Both the position numbers and the translations under genes were made by a program. This document shows positions 45,199 through 54,831 of a DNA stretch of 64,000 nt, one piece after another. The notes under the pieces are model-generated. The model was not told the origin of the DNA. It searched no databases and saw nothing but the letters and a program-made list of their open reading frames with translations. Origin of the DNA: Pirellulales bacterium (GTDB lineage Bacteria; Planctomycetota; Planctomycetia; Pirellulales; JADZDJ01); assembly GCA_035499655.1 (NCBI GenBank), contig DATJYL010000112.1:2250-66249 (forward strand), in the 5' to 3' direction. Position 1 is the stretch's first letter; each line of letters opens with the position of its first letter.

Positions 45199-46416
45199 CT
45201 ACACTTGCCGACGCTCCAACACCATGTCGATCAAGTGGAAAAACAATCGCCGTAGCGGTTCGGGCTGAATGTCCGCGGCCAAAGCTTCGGCCCGTTGCTG
45301 GTGCTTGTACACCCATCGATCAGCCGTTTGGAAAGCGCCCGCTTCATCGTACAGGCGCCGGATTTCACGCAGCTTTTCGTCCGACAAGGGTAGTTCGTTG
45401 GCCAACGATTCCAACTTGCCGCGCTTGTCCACCGGCAAACCATCCAGCGCCAAGGCCCACAGCAGCGTCGGGCGTCCGCCGCTAATATCTCCGGCGGCCA
45501 GCAGTTTATTGTGATTGTCGCCCAACCAATCGTTCATATCGTTGATAATTTGGAAGGCGATGCCCAGGTCGCGGGCGAACTGAGCAATGGGCTGCAAGTA
45601 ATGTTCCGTCGGGCCGGCCAAACGCAAACCGGTGTGCAAAGCCGCCTCGAAGGCCGGAGCTGTTTTGAGCGCATAAATTCTGAGCGTATCTTGCGGCGTA
45701 AGTTGTTTGTTGTGCGAATCGCGCCAGATCAGTTCCGCGCCTTGTCCTTCGCTCAATTTCATGTGGGCATCGGCAATATGATCGAGAATGTCACTGACCA
45801 CGTCGGGGCCCAGGGCTTTCGCTTCGCGGCTGACTAGGCGGTAGCCCAGACCGATTAAATAATCGCCCACGTTGATTGCCGTCGGTGTGCCGTATTTGCG
45901 ATGCAGCGTGGCCGTGCCGTAGCGGAACTCGTCGTCATCTTCAATGTCGTCATGCACCAGCGAGGCCTTGTGAAACGTTTCGATCGACAAGGCGCAGCGC
46001 TTCACCGCATCGGGCAATTCCAGTTCCGTATGCGCTTCACCGTTTCGCGCGGAATTGGCGCGGACGGGTTCCTCCGTCCGCAACGCCTGATAAGCCGCCA
46101 GCGTAATGAATGGGCGTGAATGCTTGCCCCCCTTGGCTAAAAAATCGTAGGCCAGGGCTTCGGTGGCTGCCAGCGGAGTAAGACCTTGCAACCCTTGTCC
46201 GTTCAGCCGTTCGCCATGATCGCGATTTGCCGCAGACAATGGGCCATGCAACCGCGGCGCCAATCGCTCCAACTCTTGCGGTTGAAACATGACGGCCGCG
46301 GCCTGCATCAGGCGGGCGTAACCGTCGTCAATTTGTACACTGTGACGGCGATTGGAAGCGGACCCCGCCGACGAATTTCCATCACCTCGGACAGATTGGG
46401 GGAGTGCAGTTGCCAA
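45199..46416 (-). CDS. Polyprenyl diphosphate synthase family protein
   Basis: GGKHSRP, ETFHKASLVHDDIEDDDEFRYG (first Asp-rich motif), GQGAEL, KTAP, GIAFQIINDMND (second motif, DD replaced by ND). Confidence 0.9.
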   Translation of the reverse strand: MATALPQSVRGDGNSSAGSASNRRHSVQIDDGYARLMQAAAVMFQPQELERLAPRLHGPLSAANRDHGERLNGQGLQGLTPLAATEALAYDFLAKGGKHSRPFITLAAYQALRTEEPVRANSARNGEAHTELELPDAVKRCALSIETFHKASLVHDDIEDDDEFRYGTATLHRKYGTPTAINVGDYLIGLGYRLVSREAKALGPDVVSDILDHIADAHMKLSEGQGAELIWRDSHNKQLTPQDTLRIYALKTAPAFEAALHTGLRLAGPTEHYLQPIAQFARDLGIAFQIINDMNDWLGDNHNKLLAAGDISGGRPTLLWALALDGLPVDKRGKLESLANELPLSDEKLREIRRLYDEAGAFQTADRWVYKHQQRAEALAADIQPEPLRRLFFHLIDMVLERRQV

Positions 46417-46571
46417 AGTAGTGCCTTCCTAGAAAACCGCGACCGATCAATTGGCGTTCCGTCTAATGCTACACGTTTGAAGCCGCAAGAAAAGATGGTA
46501 TTCGACAAGAACCGCATACTTTCCAGGATACGCTGCGAGAATATCCCCCTGGAAAAACTGTTTGCTGGCAC

Positions 46572-47879
46572 TTAGGTGTAGCGCACTCCACGATGTTCGG
46601 GCTCGAAAAACGCCGGCAACAGTGCGTCGGCCTGCAACAAACCGGCGCGGCTAAGTTGAATATGGTCCCCCTCGATGGCCAGCAATTCATCGGCGGCGTA
46701 TTCCTGCCAAACGTCGCGCCAGTGATCGAGAATTTCGACGCCGAATTTGCGGCGGAAATATCCGGCGTCGAGTTCGCCTGTTTTAAGTTGCAAAATCATT
46801 TCCCGCACCAGACGTTGATGCGCTGTCGGCTGCATGCCGCGCCACAGGGGTAATTCGCCGCGGTCCAAAGCACCCACATATTGCGGCCACTCCGCCAAAT
46901 TTTGGTAATGCACTCCGGAAATATGGCCGAAGCTGGCCACGCCCGTGGCCAGCAAATCGCTGCCGCGCCACAGGTTGTCGCGGTAGCTAAAATTGACTTT
47001 GCGCTTGTCTTTCACCAACGTGTAAGCGCTGGAAACGCTGTAACCGGCGGCGCACAACTCGTCGAAAGCGTAATCGACCCAGGCCCGCTTCGTCGGCCAA
47101 TCGGCCACCGGCGTTTCGAGGTGATTGCCCAAAATATCTTTCGAATACACCGTGTTGAACGGCAATTCCATTTGATAAATGGTCACGCTGTCGGGTGAAC
47201 AATCGATGGTCTTGCGCACCGTATCGCGCCAGTTGTCCCACGATTCGCCGACCATGCCGGAGATCAAATCGATGTTCGTGTTAGGAAAGCCGGCGTCGAC
47301 AATCCACTGCCAGGCCTTGGCGATTTCTGCCGACAAATGGGCCCGGCCGTTTTCTTCCAACACCGCATCGCTAAAGTTTTCCACGCCCAGGCTGATGCGC
47401 GTCACGCCCAATTCGCGGAGCGTTTGCACCTTCGGTTCAGAAAGCGTGCCCGGCTCGCATTCGAACGTGACTTCCTCAGCCTGGTCCCAACGGATGTTGG
47501 CTCGCAACCGATCGACCAGCGACGTGAGTTGCTTGGCGCTTAAAAACGAGGGGGTGCCGCCTCCGAAATAAACAAATCGAAAGGGCCGCCCACCCATCAC
47601 CGGCAGCTTACTGACGAGTTCGATTTCCCGCGCCAAGGCCGCAACGTATTGCTCCACTTCCGCGGCGTTTTTGTCGGTGTAGACCCGAAAATAGCAAAAC
47701 TTGCACCGCTTGCGGCAAAACGGAATGTGCAAATACAGTCCCAGCGGCACATCGGCCGGCGGGGCGTGCAGCGCCGCTTGCACTACGGGCAACGCTTCCG
47801 CCGTCCACTGCGAAAACGGCGGGTAATTGGCGATGAAGTAGCTGCCAACTTCGGTTTTTTTGGTCGTTCCGGTCGCCAC
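46572..47879 (-). CDS. HemN-like radical SAM protein (class C family)
   Basis: LYLHIPFCRKRCKFCYF, YFGGGTPS, RISLGVENF, NIDLISG. Confidence 0.9.
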   Translation of the reverse strand: MATGTTKKTEVGSYFIANYPPFSQWTAEALPVVQAALHAPPADVPLGLYLHIPFCRKRCKFCYFRVYTDKNAAEVEQYVAALAREIELVSKLPVMGGRPFRFVYFGGGTPSFLSAKQLTSLVDRLRANIRWDQAEEVTFECEPGTLSEPKVQTLRELGVTRISLGVENFSDAVLEENGRAHLSAEIAKAWQWIVDAGFPNTNIDLISGMVGESWDNWRDTVRKTIDCSPDSVTIYQMELPFNTVYSKDILGNHLETPVADWPTKRAWVDYAFDELCAAGYSVSSAYTLVKDKRKVNFSYRDNLWRGSDLLATGVASFGHISGVHYQNLAEWPQYVGALDRGELPLWRGMQPTAHQRLVREMILQLKTGELDAGYFRRKFGVEILDHWRDVWQEYAADELLAIEGDHIQLSRAGLLQADALLPAFFEPEHRGVRYT

Positions 47880-47955
47880 GCTGTGTCAGCTCCTCTCGCT
47901 CTCCCGGCGCGTCGGGATTGCGGCTAAACATCACAACTTCACACAGCCAACATGG

Positions 47956-49047
47956 TCAGGCATCCACTTTTCGCAGCTTGATGACCCGGCCGTCGGTCAG
48001 CCACTCGGTAATGTAAATGTTGCCGGCCCGGTCCCACAGGCAGCCATGCGGCGAAACAAACACGCCCGGCTTGCGGTCGGCGGCCGGAATATTGTTTTTA
48101 CCACGCTGCTGGGGATTGTCATTATCGCCCAAAATGACAATTTGCTGGTTGTCTTTGTCCAGAATACTTACGCGGCCATCCAGCCCCGGCAAGAGCAATT
48201 CGCTGCCGCGCTGGTCAAAGTGGCAGGGCCGGCGATAGGCTTTGTCCTCCGGCGGCCGTAACGTTTCCAGGTGCGAACCGTCCAGGTCGAACCATTGCAA
48301 CCGCTCGTTCTTACGGTCGGCCACTAAAATCATAGGATTCGGCCCCCGTGTGTCGCACCAAATGCCGTGCGGTTCTTGCAGCACGCCGTCGTCCGTGCCC
48401 GGGCCGCCAAACGTGGAAATATACTTTCCGTCTTTGCCATAGCGATGGATGAAATACGAGCCGTAACCGTCGGCCACGTAAAAATCGCCGCCCGGCGCAA
48501 ACGCGATGTTCGTGGGCAAATACTTTTGCTCGTTCTTATAGCAGCGGTCGCCGGCCGCGCCATCCGCATCCTTGGGATAATCGAGCACAAACAGTTGCTC
48601 GCCGTCGAGTGTGGTTTTTACCACCTGATGCTGCTTCGTCGTGGCCAGGTACAAAAACTCGTCGTTGCCTTCCCGACGCAGTTGCATGCCGTGAGCGCCT
48701 ACGCGCCACTGGGCTCCCCACGATTTGATGAACTTGCCGTCAGGATCGAAAATGAAGACCGAGTCGGGCGCACCGTTTTGATGATGGATGAAAATCCGCC
48801 CCTGCGAATCTTCTTGCACCATGTGCGTGTTGCCGAATCGCATGCCATCGGGAATCTGCGCCCAGCCGTGAAGGGCCTCGTACGTGTGGGGTCCGTTACC
48901 CAAAACTGGCGCTTTTCCGCCGGCTTTGTCGTCGGCGTGCAAAAACAGCGGGGCTCGGGCAAGGACGGCGCTTGCTCCCAATGCGCCGCCGGCGCATTTG
49001 ACAAACTCTCGCCGGGAAATCCTCGGCGATAAATTACGTTTCTTCAT
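47956..49047 (-). CDS. Tat-exported NHL-repeat beta-propeller protein (PAL/peptidylglycine monooxygenase-like)
   Basis: ISRREFVK twin-arginine signal; PTNIAFAPGGDFYVADGYG, EPHGIW, VADRKNERLQWF, SPHGCLWD. Confidence 0.85.
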   Translation of the reverse strand: MKKRNLSPRISRREFVKCAGGALGASAVLARAPLFLHADDKAGGKAPVLGNGPHTYEALHGWAQIPDGMRFGNTHMVQEDSQGRIFIHHQNGAPDSVFIFDPDGKFIKSWGAQWRVGAHGMQLRREGNDEFLYLATTKQHQVVKTTLDGEQLFVLDYPKDADGAAGDRCYKNEQKYLPTNIAFAPGGDFYVADGYGSYFIHRYGKDGKYISTFGGPGTDDGVLQEPHGIWCDTRGPNPMILVADRKNERLQWFDLDGSHLETLRPPEDKAYRRPCHFDQRGSELLLPGLDGRVSILDKDNQQIVILGDNDNPQQRGKNNIPAADRKPGVFVSPHGCLWDRAGNIYITEWLTDGRVIKLRKVDA

Positions 49048-49126
49048 CGTTCACCTGTGCGTCGCGATTCCCAACGGATGCAATATCGCCCCAGACGACC
49101 AGACACCAGACTACCATGCCCCTCTG

Positions 49127-50308
49127 CTACTTCTCTCCAAAGCAGTATACCACTCCGGCATCGCTGGCAATAACAAGATGCCGCTGGACCGCAGCCAAAC
49201 TGCCGACCAGCGCGCCACCGCATTCGTACTCCCAAACATTTTCGCCGGAAGCCACGTCGAGGCCATAAATGCGCCCGTCAGCAGAACCGACAAACACGCG
49301 CCGCCCGACCACCACCGGCGAGCTATCGACCCGGCCCTTGGTGGGAAAATCCCATAATTTCTCGCCCGTTTTCGGATCGAGCGCATGCACGATTTTGTCG
49401 CGCCCGCCGAAAACAACCGCCTGCGGCGTCAGTGCGGCGCTGGAGCGAATCGGCAGGCCACGGAGTTTATCTTGCCAACTCCAAATTTCCTTGAGCTGCT
49501 TCCAATTGAGGCAAAAAAACGTGGCCCCTTCCGTGCCGAAATAAATCAACTCGCCCGTCGCGGCCGGCGTGCTGCCGGTGGGGGCCGCAATTTCCACCGC
49601 GCCGGTTTCTTTGCCGTCGTGCAAATCGATGACGTGCAGCTTGCCGTCGCACCCGGCCAAAAAACAACAATCGTCCACGACCGTGGGCGAGCAGCGAATT
49701 TGATCGCCAATTTGATGCGTCCACTGCTTCTGGCCGGTTTTCGCGTCGAAGCAATACAGCGTGGCATCTTGCGAACCGAACAGCACCTTGTCGTGATAGA
49801 AATTGGCCGCGGAATCAATTTCGGCCCCCGCGGTGGCAGTCCATTTTTTCTCGCCTGTCCGGGCATCCAGGCAGAAAAAATTTCCATCCATGTCGCCGAT
49901 GTAAACCAAACCGTCGCGCACCGCGGCGGCGGCGGTAAAGCCGGCCTTGTCTTTGCCGATGTCGAATTTCCACCGCTCCTTGCCGGTTTGCAAATCGAGC
50001 GCGTAAAACGTGCCGTCCATGTCGCCGATGTAAACCACGCCGTCGACCACCACCGGCGTGGCCTCGAACGATCCCTTCTGGACCGCGTATTTCCACGCCA
50101 ACTGCAACTGCGGTGGCAAATGGCTTTCCGCCACCCCCGTCGCCTGTGCATTGCCGCGAAACACCGGCCACTGGCCGCTGGTGGAACCATCGTCGTCACT
50201 GGCAGCCTTAAGCCCTGAATTATCGTTGGCTGTAGGAATAGTGTTCTGCGTTCCGCAGCCACACAAGAAAACAAGCAAAAGCACAATCGATATTGATCTG
50301 GTGCGCAT
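49127..50308 (-). CDS. PQQ-like (BamB-type) beta-propeller lipoprotein
   Basis: Lipobox FLCGC; WPVFRGNAQATG; repeated tryptophan-docking motifs (GKERWKF, GEKKWT, GQKQWT, GEKLWDF, GENVWEY). Confidence 0.88.
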   Translation of the reverse strand: MRTRSISIVLLLVFLCGCGTQNTIPTANDNSGLKAASDDDGSTSGQWPVFRGNAQATGVAESHLPPQLQLAWKYAVQKGSFEATPVVVDGVVYIGDMDGTFYALDLQTGKERWKFDIGKDKAGFTAAAAVRDGLVYIGDMDGNFFCLDARTGEKKWTATAGAEIDSAANFYHDKVLFGSQDATLYCFDAKTGQKQWTHQIGDQIRCSPTVVDDCCFLAGCDGKLHVIDLHDGKETGAVEIAAPTGSTPAATGELIYFGTEGATFFCLNWKQLKEIWSWQDKLRGLPIRSSAALTPQAVVFGGRDKIVHALDPKTGEKLWDFPTKGRVDSSPVVVGRRVFVGSADGRIYGLDVASGENVWEYECGGALVGSLAAVQRHLVIASDAGVVYCFGEK

Positions 50309-50329
50309 CAATGGCTGAGCTCTGGTCAA

Positions 50330-51481
50330 TTAATAAGCGGCTTGATACAGCGACAGCAATTGTTCCGCCTGCACTTTACGTGGATTGAAATCGGCCGTCC
50401 ACTGCTTGGCGGCATCGGTGGCCAACGTTTCCAGCTTGTGGGCTGGAATCTCGAACTCACGCAAGCGGCTGATCAAGCCCGCCTGCTGGACCAAAGCGGC
50501 CACAAAATCGGCCAGACCCCGGTAACCCGCCGTGGGCTCGGGAAAGCCATTTCCGCCGGCAGTGCATTCCAACAGCTCGAAATATAAATGGCCGAACTCT
50601 TCGCCATTGAAGCGAATCACGTGCGGCAACATCATGCCGACTGCCTGGCCGTGCGCAATACCGAAGTGTGCCGTCAGTGGATTAGCCAATGCGTGGGCCG
50701 CGCCTAGCATGCTGTTTTCAATCGCCAGGCCTGAAAAGCAGGCGCCCAACTGCATGCCGCTGCGGGCTTCCAAATTCGTGGGAGCGGCCAGCACGTGTGC
50801 AAAGTTGGCGCCCAACAGCAACCACGCCTCGCGGCTGAAGGCCATCGAAGCCGGATTGCGCGTGCGGCACACATAACTTTCCAATGCATGAGCCACGGCG
50901 TCGATGCCCGTCAATGCCGTCACTCGCGACGGTTGGGTCACCGTCAATTCCGGATCAAGCAGCGCCACGCGGAAGCTAGCTTTTTTATCGCCGCAGGCCA
51001 TTTTCATGTGCGTTTTGGCGTCGCTGATGAGCGCGAACGATTGCGTTTCGCTCCCGGTGCCGGCGGTGGTGGGCACGGCAATCATCGGCAGCATGGGCTG
51101 GGTGGCTTTGCCGATGCCCCAGTAATCTTGCATCGTGCCGCCGCCTGTGTACAGAAAGTTGATTCCCTTGGCGCAATCCATGCTGCTGCCGCCGCCGAGC
51201 CCGACAATCAACTGCGGCTGAAAGCGTTTTGCAACTTTCAATCCGGCATCGACATGTTCTGTGGTCGGATTTTCGCCCACGTTGTCGAACAACTGCGCTT
51301 CAATGCCGGCCTGCTGGAGCATTTCCATGCCCCGCGCCGTGTGGCCGGCTTTCACGATGCCCGGATCGCTCACCACCAGCACTCGCCGCGCGCCCAATTC
51401 CCCGGCCAACTCCCCCAGCGCAGCCAATTTGCCCGGGCCGAAGACGATGCGTGTTCGCGGATAAAAATCAAACGGCGTCAT
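50330..51481 (-). CDS. Iron-containing alcohol dehydrogenase
   Basis: GLGGGSSMDCAKG, PTTAGTGSE, GIDAVAHALES, LGAAHALANPL..IAHG. Confidence 0.95.
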   Translation of the reverse strand: MTPFDFYPRTRIVFGPGKLAALGELAGELGARRVLVVSDPGIVKAGHTARGMEMLQQAGIEAQLFDNVGENPTTEHVDAGLKVAKRFQPQLIVGLGGGSSMDCAKGINFLYTGGGTMQDYWGIGKATQPMLPMIAVPTTAGTGSETQSFALISDAKTHMKMACGDKKASFRVALLDPELTVTQPSRVTALTGIDAVAHALESYVCRTRNPASMAFSREAWLLLGANFAHVLAAPTNLEARSGMQLGACFSGLAIENSMLGAAHALANPLTAHFGIAHGQAVGMMLPHVIRFNGEEFGHLYFELLECTAGGNGFPEPTAGYRGLADFVAALVQQAGLISRLREFEIPAHKLETLATDAAKQWTADFNPRKVQAEQLLSLYQAAY

Positions 51482-51491
51482 AATTCGATTG

Positions 51492-51668
51492 TAACCAAGG
51501 GGCGCGGAGACGGCAGGGAGCGGATGCCCAGGCCGTATGCTAGCATGAAATGCCCTTTGCGGGGTTCCACGGTTTTGAGATACTCCGCGGCCGGTTTTAC
51601 TCGATTTTTCACGGGCATGCGAATTTCCCGCGGTTCGTTATCTCTGTGCCTTTGCGTCACTGCGGTTA
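51492..51668. repeat. Imperfect inverted arms (TAACC..CGCGGAG / CTTTGCG..GCGGTTA) bracketing a divergent promoter region
   Basis: taaccaaggggcgcggagacggcaggg (51492-51518) ... ctctgtgcctttgcgtcactgcggtta (51642-51668); resembles 13669-13729. Confidence 0.45.
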
Positions 51669-51704
51669 GAAACGCCGGGGGAATTCGGTCGCAAGGAAGC
51701 GACG

Positions 51705-52517
51705 ATGATTCGAAATTCTGTTATCATTCCGCAGCAGGATCGCGGGGACGAAGTCCGGCGGCAGTTGCCCGGACTGGCTGCGGTGCTCGATAAGCTGGGG
51801 GAGCCGTATGAAATTGTCGTCGTCGATGACGGCTCCAGCAGCGCCACGCAGCGGTTGCTGGAAAAGCTATTGATGGAATGCCGCGCATTGCGGGCGTTGC
51901 GGCTGGATCAGCCGGCCGGTGTAAGCGTGGCACTGGCGGCGGGAATTCGTGCTGCCCGGGGCGAAGTGCTGATTGCCCTTGAGCCAGGATTGACCTACCC
52001 GCCTGAGCAAATCCCCGCGCTGTTAAATTTGCTGCAGCGCGGCGATTTGGTGATGGGCCGCCGCCGCCACTTTGGCGCGGCCAAGCTGTGGCAGCGCATC
52101 GGCCGAGTTCCGAGGTGGTTGCTATTGGGACTCGATGGGCACGATCCTGATTGCTTGTTTTGGGCAGCGCGGCGCGAAGTGTTTAGCGACCTGAATCTTA
52201 CGGCAGGCATGGCGCGGTATTTGCCTGCCCTGGTTCGACCACGGGGCTTTCGCGTCTGCGAAGCGTACGTGCAGCGGCAGGGTCCAGCCCAGCCGCTGCA
52301 AGACTTACGGGCCAATCCCGGCGATTTGCTGGCTGCCTGGTGGCATTGCCGACGCTGGCGGAGTCAAACCGTTTGCGAATTGTTTGCCGGTGGTATGGCC
52401 GAACGGCCCGCGCTGCGGATTGTCGGTGGCGGGGAAAATTCAATGCGCCATGATCACGCCGCCAGCGAAGTTGCTTTTCCGTCCGGGCAACATCCGCCGC
52501 TGGTGAAACGCGCATGA
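51705..52517 (+). CDS. Glycosyltransferase family 2 (ArnC/DPM-synthase-like, degenerate)
   Basis: VIIP, YEIVVVDDGS, GVSVALAAG, DLVMGRR, GFRVCE; stop overlaps the lpxB start. Confidence 0.8.
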   Translation: MIRNSVIIPQQDRGDEVRRQLPGLAAVLDKLGEPYEIVVVDDGSSSATQRLLEKLLMECRALRALRLDQPAGVSVALAAGIRAARGEVLIALEPGLTYPPEQIPALLNLLQRGDLVMGRRRHFGAAKLWQRIGRVPRWLLLGLDGHDPDCLFWAARREVFSDLNLTAGMARYLPALVRPRGFRVCEAYVQRQGPAQPLQDLRANPGDLLAAWWHCRRWRSQTVCELFAGGMAERPALRIVGGGENSMRHDHAASEVAFPSGQHPPLVKRA

Positions 52518-53860
52518 AAATTTTCTTTTCGGCCGGAGAACCCAGTGGCGACGTACACGGGGCGAATTTGATTCGCCAGTTGCGTCGGTTGCGCCCGAAA
52601 GTGCAGTGCGTCGGTTACGGCGGGCCGGAAATGGCCGCCGCCGGTTGCACGCTGCATGCCGATTTGACCGCCCTGGCGGTGATGTGGTTTTTGCGGGCGC
52701 TGCTGAACCTGCACAAGTTTCTGGCGCTGGCCAGCCGGGCCGATCGCTACTTTCGCCACCAGCGGCCCGATGCCGTGGTGCTGATCGATTACCCGGGCTT
52801 CAATTGGTGGATAGCCCGGCGGGCGAAGGCGCATGGCATTCCGGTGTTGTATTACTGCCCGCCGCAGATTTGGTCGTGGGGCAGTTGGCGGATCAAAAAA
52901 ATGCGGCGGTTTGTCGATCACGTCTTGTGCGCGCTGCCGTTTGAAGAAACGTGGTTTCGCGAGCAAGGCTGCCGGGCGACGTTCGTGGGGCATCCGTTTT
53001 TCGACGAAGTGCGGGAGCACAAAGTTGACGAAGCGTTCATGGATGCCATGCGCCGCAAGCCAGGGCGCTTGATTACCATTCTGCCCGGATCGCGCACGCA
53101 GGAAGTGCAGCACAACTTGAAGTGGTTTTTGAAAGCGGCGGCGCTGGTGCAAGTGAGGTTTCCAAAAGTTCGCTTTGCCGTGGCGGCATTCAAGCCGCAT
53201 CAGGCGCAAATCGCCCGGCGATTAATCGAACAGGCCAAGCTGCCGGCGGAAGTGTACGTTCGCAAAACGCCAGAGCTGATGCAGTTGGCCGAATGTTGCA
53301 TGGCGTGCAGCGGCTCGGTTTCGCTGGAGCTGTTGTATCACAAAAAGCCCACCGTCGTGCTGTACTGGATCACACCGTTGGCCTATCGCGTGCAGCAAAT
53401 GTTTCGCCGGGTCAAATACATTACGCTGGTGAATTTACTGACGGCCAAGGAATTGTTTCCGTCCGATACCACGCCGTATAGTCCCACCGATCCGGATGCC
53501 GACCGGGTGTTGTTCCCCGAGTATTTAACCTACGAAGATAAGTCGCTGCAAATCGCCGCGCATGTAACTCAGTGGTTGGCCAGCGACGAGCGGCGCGATG
53601 GGTTGATTGCGCAGTTGGCGGAATTGAAGGCGAAAGTGGGGCATGGCGGCGCCTCGCAAATGGCCGCCGAATTGATTTTGGCCGAGGCCGAGCATCATGC
53701 CCGTCTGCATTCCCAGCCGCCCAGGCCGCATTTCACGCCGGGCATGATCGTGGCCAGCAGCGGCGGAGCGGAGAAGGCAATACTCAAGGCACAGGCACGC
53801 AGCAAATCGAAAACGGCGCCCAACAACGATGGTCCGCGACGCATGGATAAGGCGGCCTGA
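52514..53860 (+). CDS. lpxB: Lipid-A-disaccharide synthase LpxB
   Basis: IFFSAGEPSGD, VLIDYPGFN, YCPPQIWSW, LPFEE, FVGHP, LPGSRTQEV, SGSVSLE. Confidence 0.93.
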   Translation: MKIFFSAGEPSGDVHGANLIRQLRRLRPKVQCVGYGGPEMAAAGCTLHADLTALAVMWFLRALLNLHKFLALASRADRYFRHQRPDAVVLIDYPGFNWWIARRAKAHGIPVLYYCPPQIWSWGSWRIKKMRRFVDHVLCALPFEETWFREQGCRATFVGHPFFDEVREHKVDEAFMDAMRRKPGRLITILPGSRTQEVQHNLKWFLKAAALVQVRFPKVRFAVAAFKPHQAQIARRLIEQAKLPAEVYVRKTPELMQLAECCMACSGSVSLELLYHKKPTVVLYWITPLAYRVQQMFRRVKYITLVNLLTAKELFPSDTTPYSPTDPDADRVLFPEYLTYEDKSLQIAAHVTQWLASDERRDGLIAQLAELKAKVGHGGASQMAAELILAEAEHHARLHSQPPRPHFTPGMIVASSGGAEKAILKAQARSKSKTAPNNDGPRRMDKAA

Positions 53861-54001
53861 GACGCCGCTTCCGCCGTATTCGTTTTGCTTCACACTTCTG
53901 CAGCCGAGTCTCTTTCGGCGCGTGCTAAAGGCAAGTATCTTGTAAACCATGCGGGCTTGTGTTCCAGGCATTGCACCGTCCTATTTTCGATCATTGCTTG
54001 C

Positions 54002-54781
54002 ATGTCGTACCATTCATTGGCCAGCGATCTGCCCGAGGCAAATTTGCCGCCGTGCCATGTGGGCCTGGTGTTTGCCATGGGCTTGGAAGCCGGCGCGCTG
54101 GAGGACAAATTGGCTGGCAAAATTGCCGTCCGCGGCAGCCGGTACACCGCCTGGCAGGGTGGTTTGAAAGGGCGCGGCGTGGTGATTGTCCACTCCGGAG
54201 TGGGACAAAAAAATGCTGCCATGGCCACGGCCGCGCTCATCGTCGGGCACAAACCGCGCTGGGTGATCTCTGCGGGCTTGGCCGGGGGGCTTCAGGCCGA
54301 TGTGAATCGTGGCGACATCGTCATGCCCGATTGCATCTTGGGCGAAGATGGCCGGCGCTTGGCGATCGATTTTCACATTTCGCCGCAGCAACAAGCAGCG
54401 ACTCCCGGCCTGCACGTGGGGCCGCTGTTGACGATTGATCGGGTGGCTTTCAAAGCCGCGGAGAAGCTGCAATTGGGTCAGCGGCACGGCGCCTTGGCCG
54501 TCGATATGGAAACGCTGGCCGTGGCCGAGGAATGTCGCCGCGAAAAGCAGCGTTTTTTGGCCGTGCGGGTCGTGAGCGATCCGGTCGACGAGGAATTACC
54601 GGCCGACATCGAGCGGTTGGTTACTCGCCCCACATGGATGCGGCGGATTGGCGCCACGGCCGGCTCGATCATTCGCCGGCCGTCAACGGTGAAAGATTTG
54701 TGGCGCTTCCGCGAGGCTGCGCTGGTCTGCTCGAAAAAATTGGCCGCTTTCTTGGAAGGCATTATCGAGCAGTTGGGGTAG
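54002..54781 (+). CDS. Purine nucleoside phosphorylase/nucleosidase family protein, HpnG-like
   Basis: SGVGQKNA, ISAGLAGGL, AVDMETLAVA, AVRVVSD; converges on hpnCDE; start uncertain. Confidence 0.75.
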   Translation: MSYHSLASDLPEANLPPCHVGLVFAMGLEAGALEDKLAGKIAVRGSRYTAWQGGLKGRGVVIVHSGVGQKNAAMATAALIVGHKPRWVISAGLAGGLQADVNRGDIVMPDCILGEDGRRLAIDFHISPQQQAATPGLHVGPLLTIDRVAFKAAEKLQLGQRHGALAVDMETLAVAEECRREKQRFLAVRVVSDPVDEELPADIERLVTRPTWMRRIGATAGSIIRRPSTVKDLWRFREAALVCSKKLAAFLEGIIEQLG

Positions 54782-54831
54782 CGGACAAGCTGTTGTCGCG
54801 CAGGAAAGTGATGAATCCATCCGCTGGCGGT

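Noticed and set aside
46572-47879. Assigning hemN/hemW
   Set aside because: The family is clear, but the context (prenyl synthase, GT4, Fe-ADH) and the N-terminal YFIANYPPFSQW extension do not establish a heme role; left unnamed.
49091-49116. Additional weak heptamer arms (ACCAGAC x2 here; also near 16485-16500 and 33970-33993)
   Set aside because: Only two or three degenerate units each; compatible with the family but too short to support as features.
49127-50308. PQQ-dependent dehydrogenase or bamB
   Set aside because: Only propeller repeats are seen, with no catalytic quinoprotein motifs and no bam/der context.
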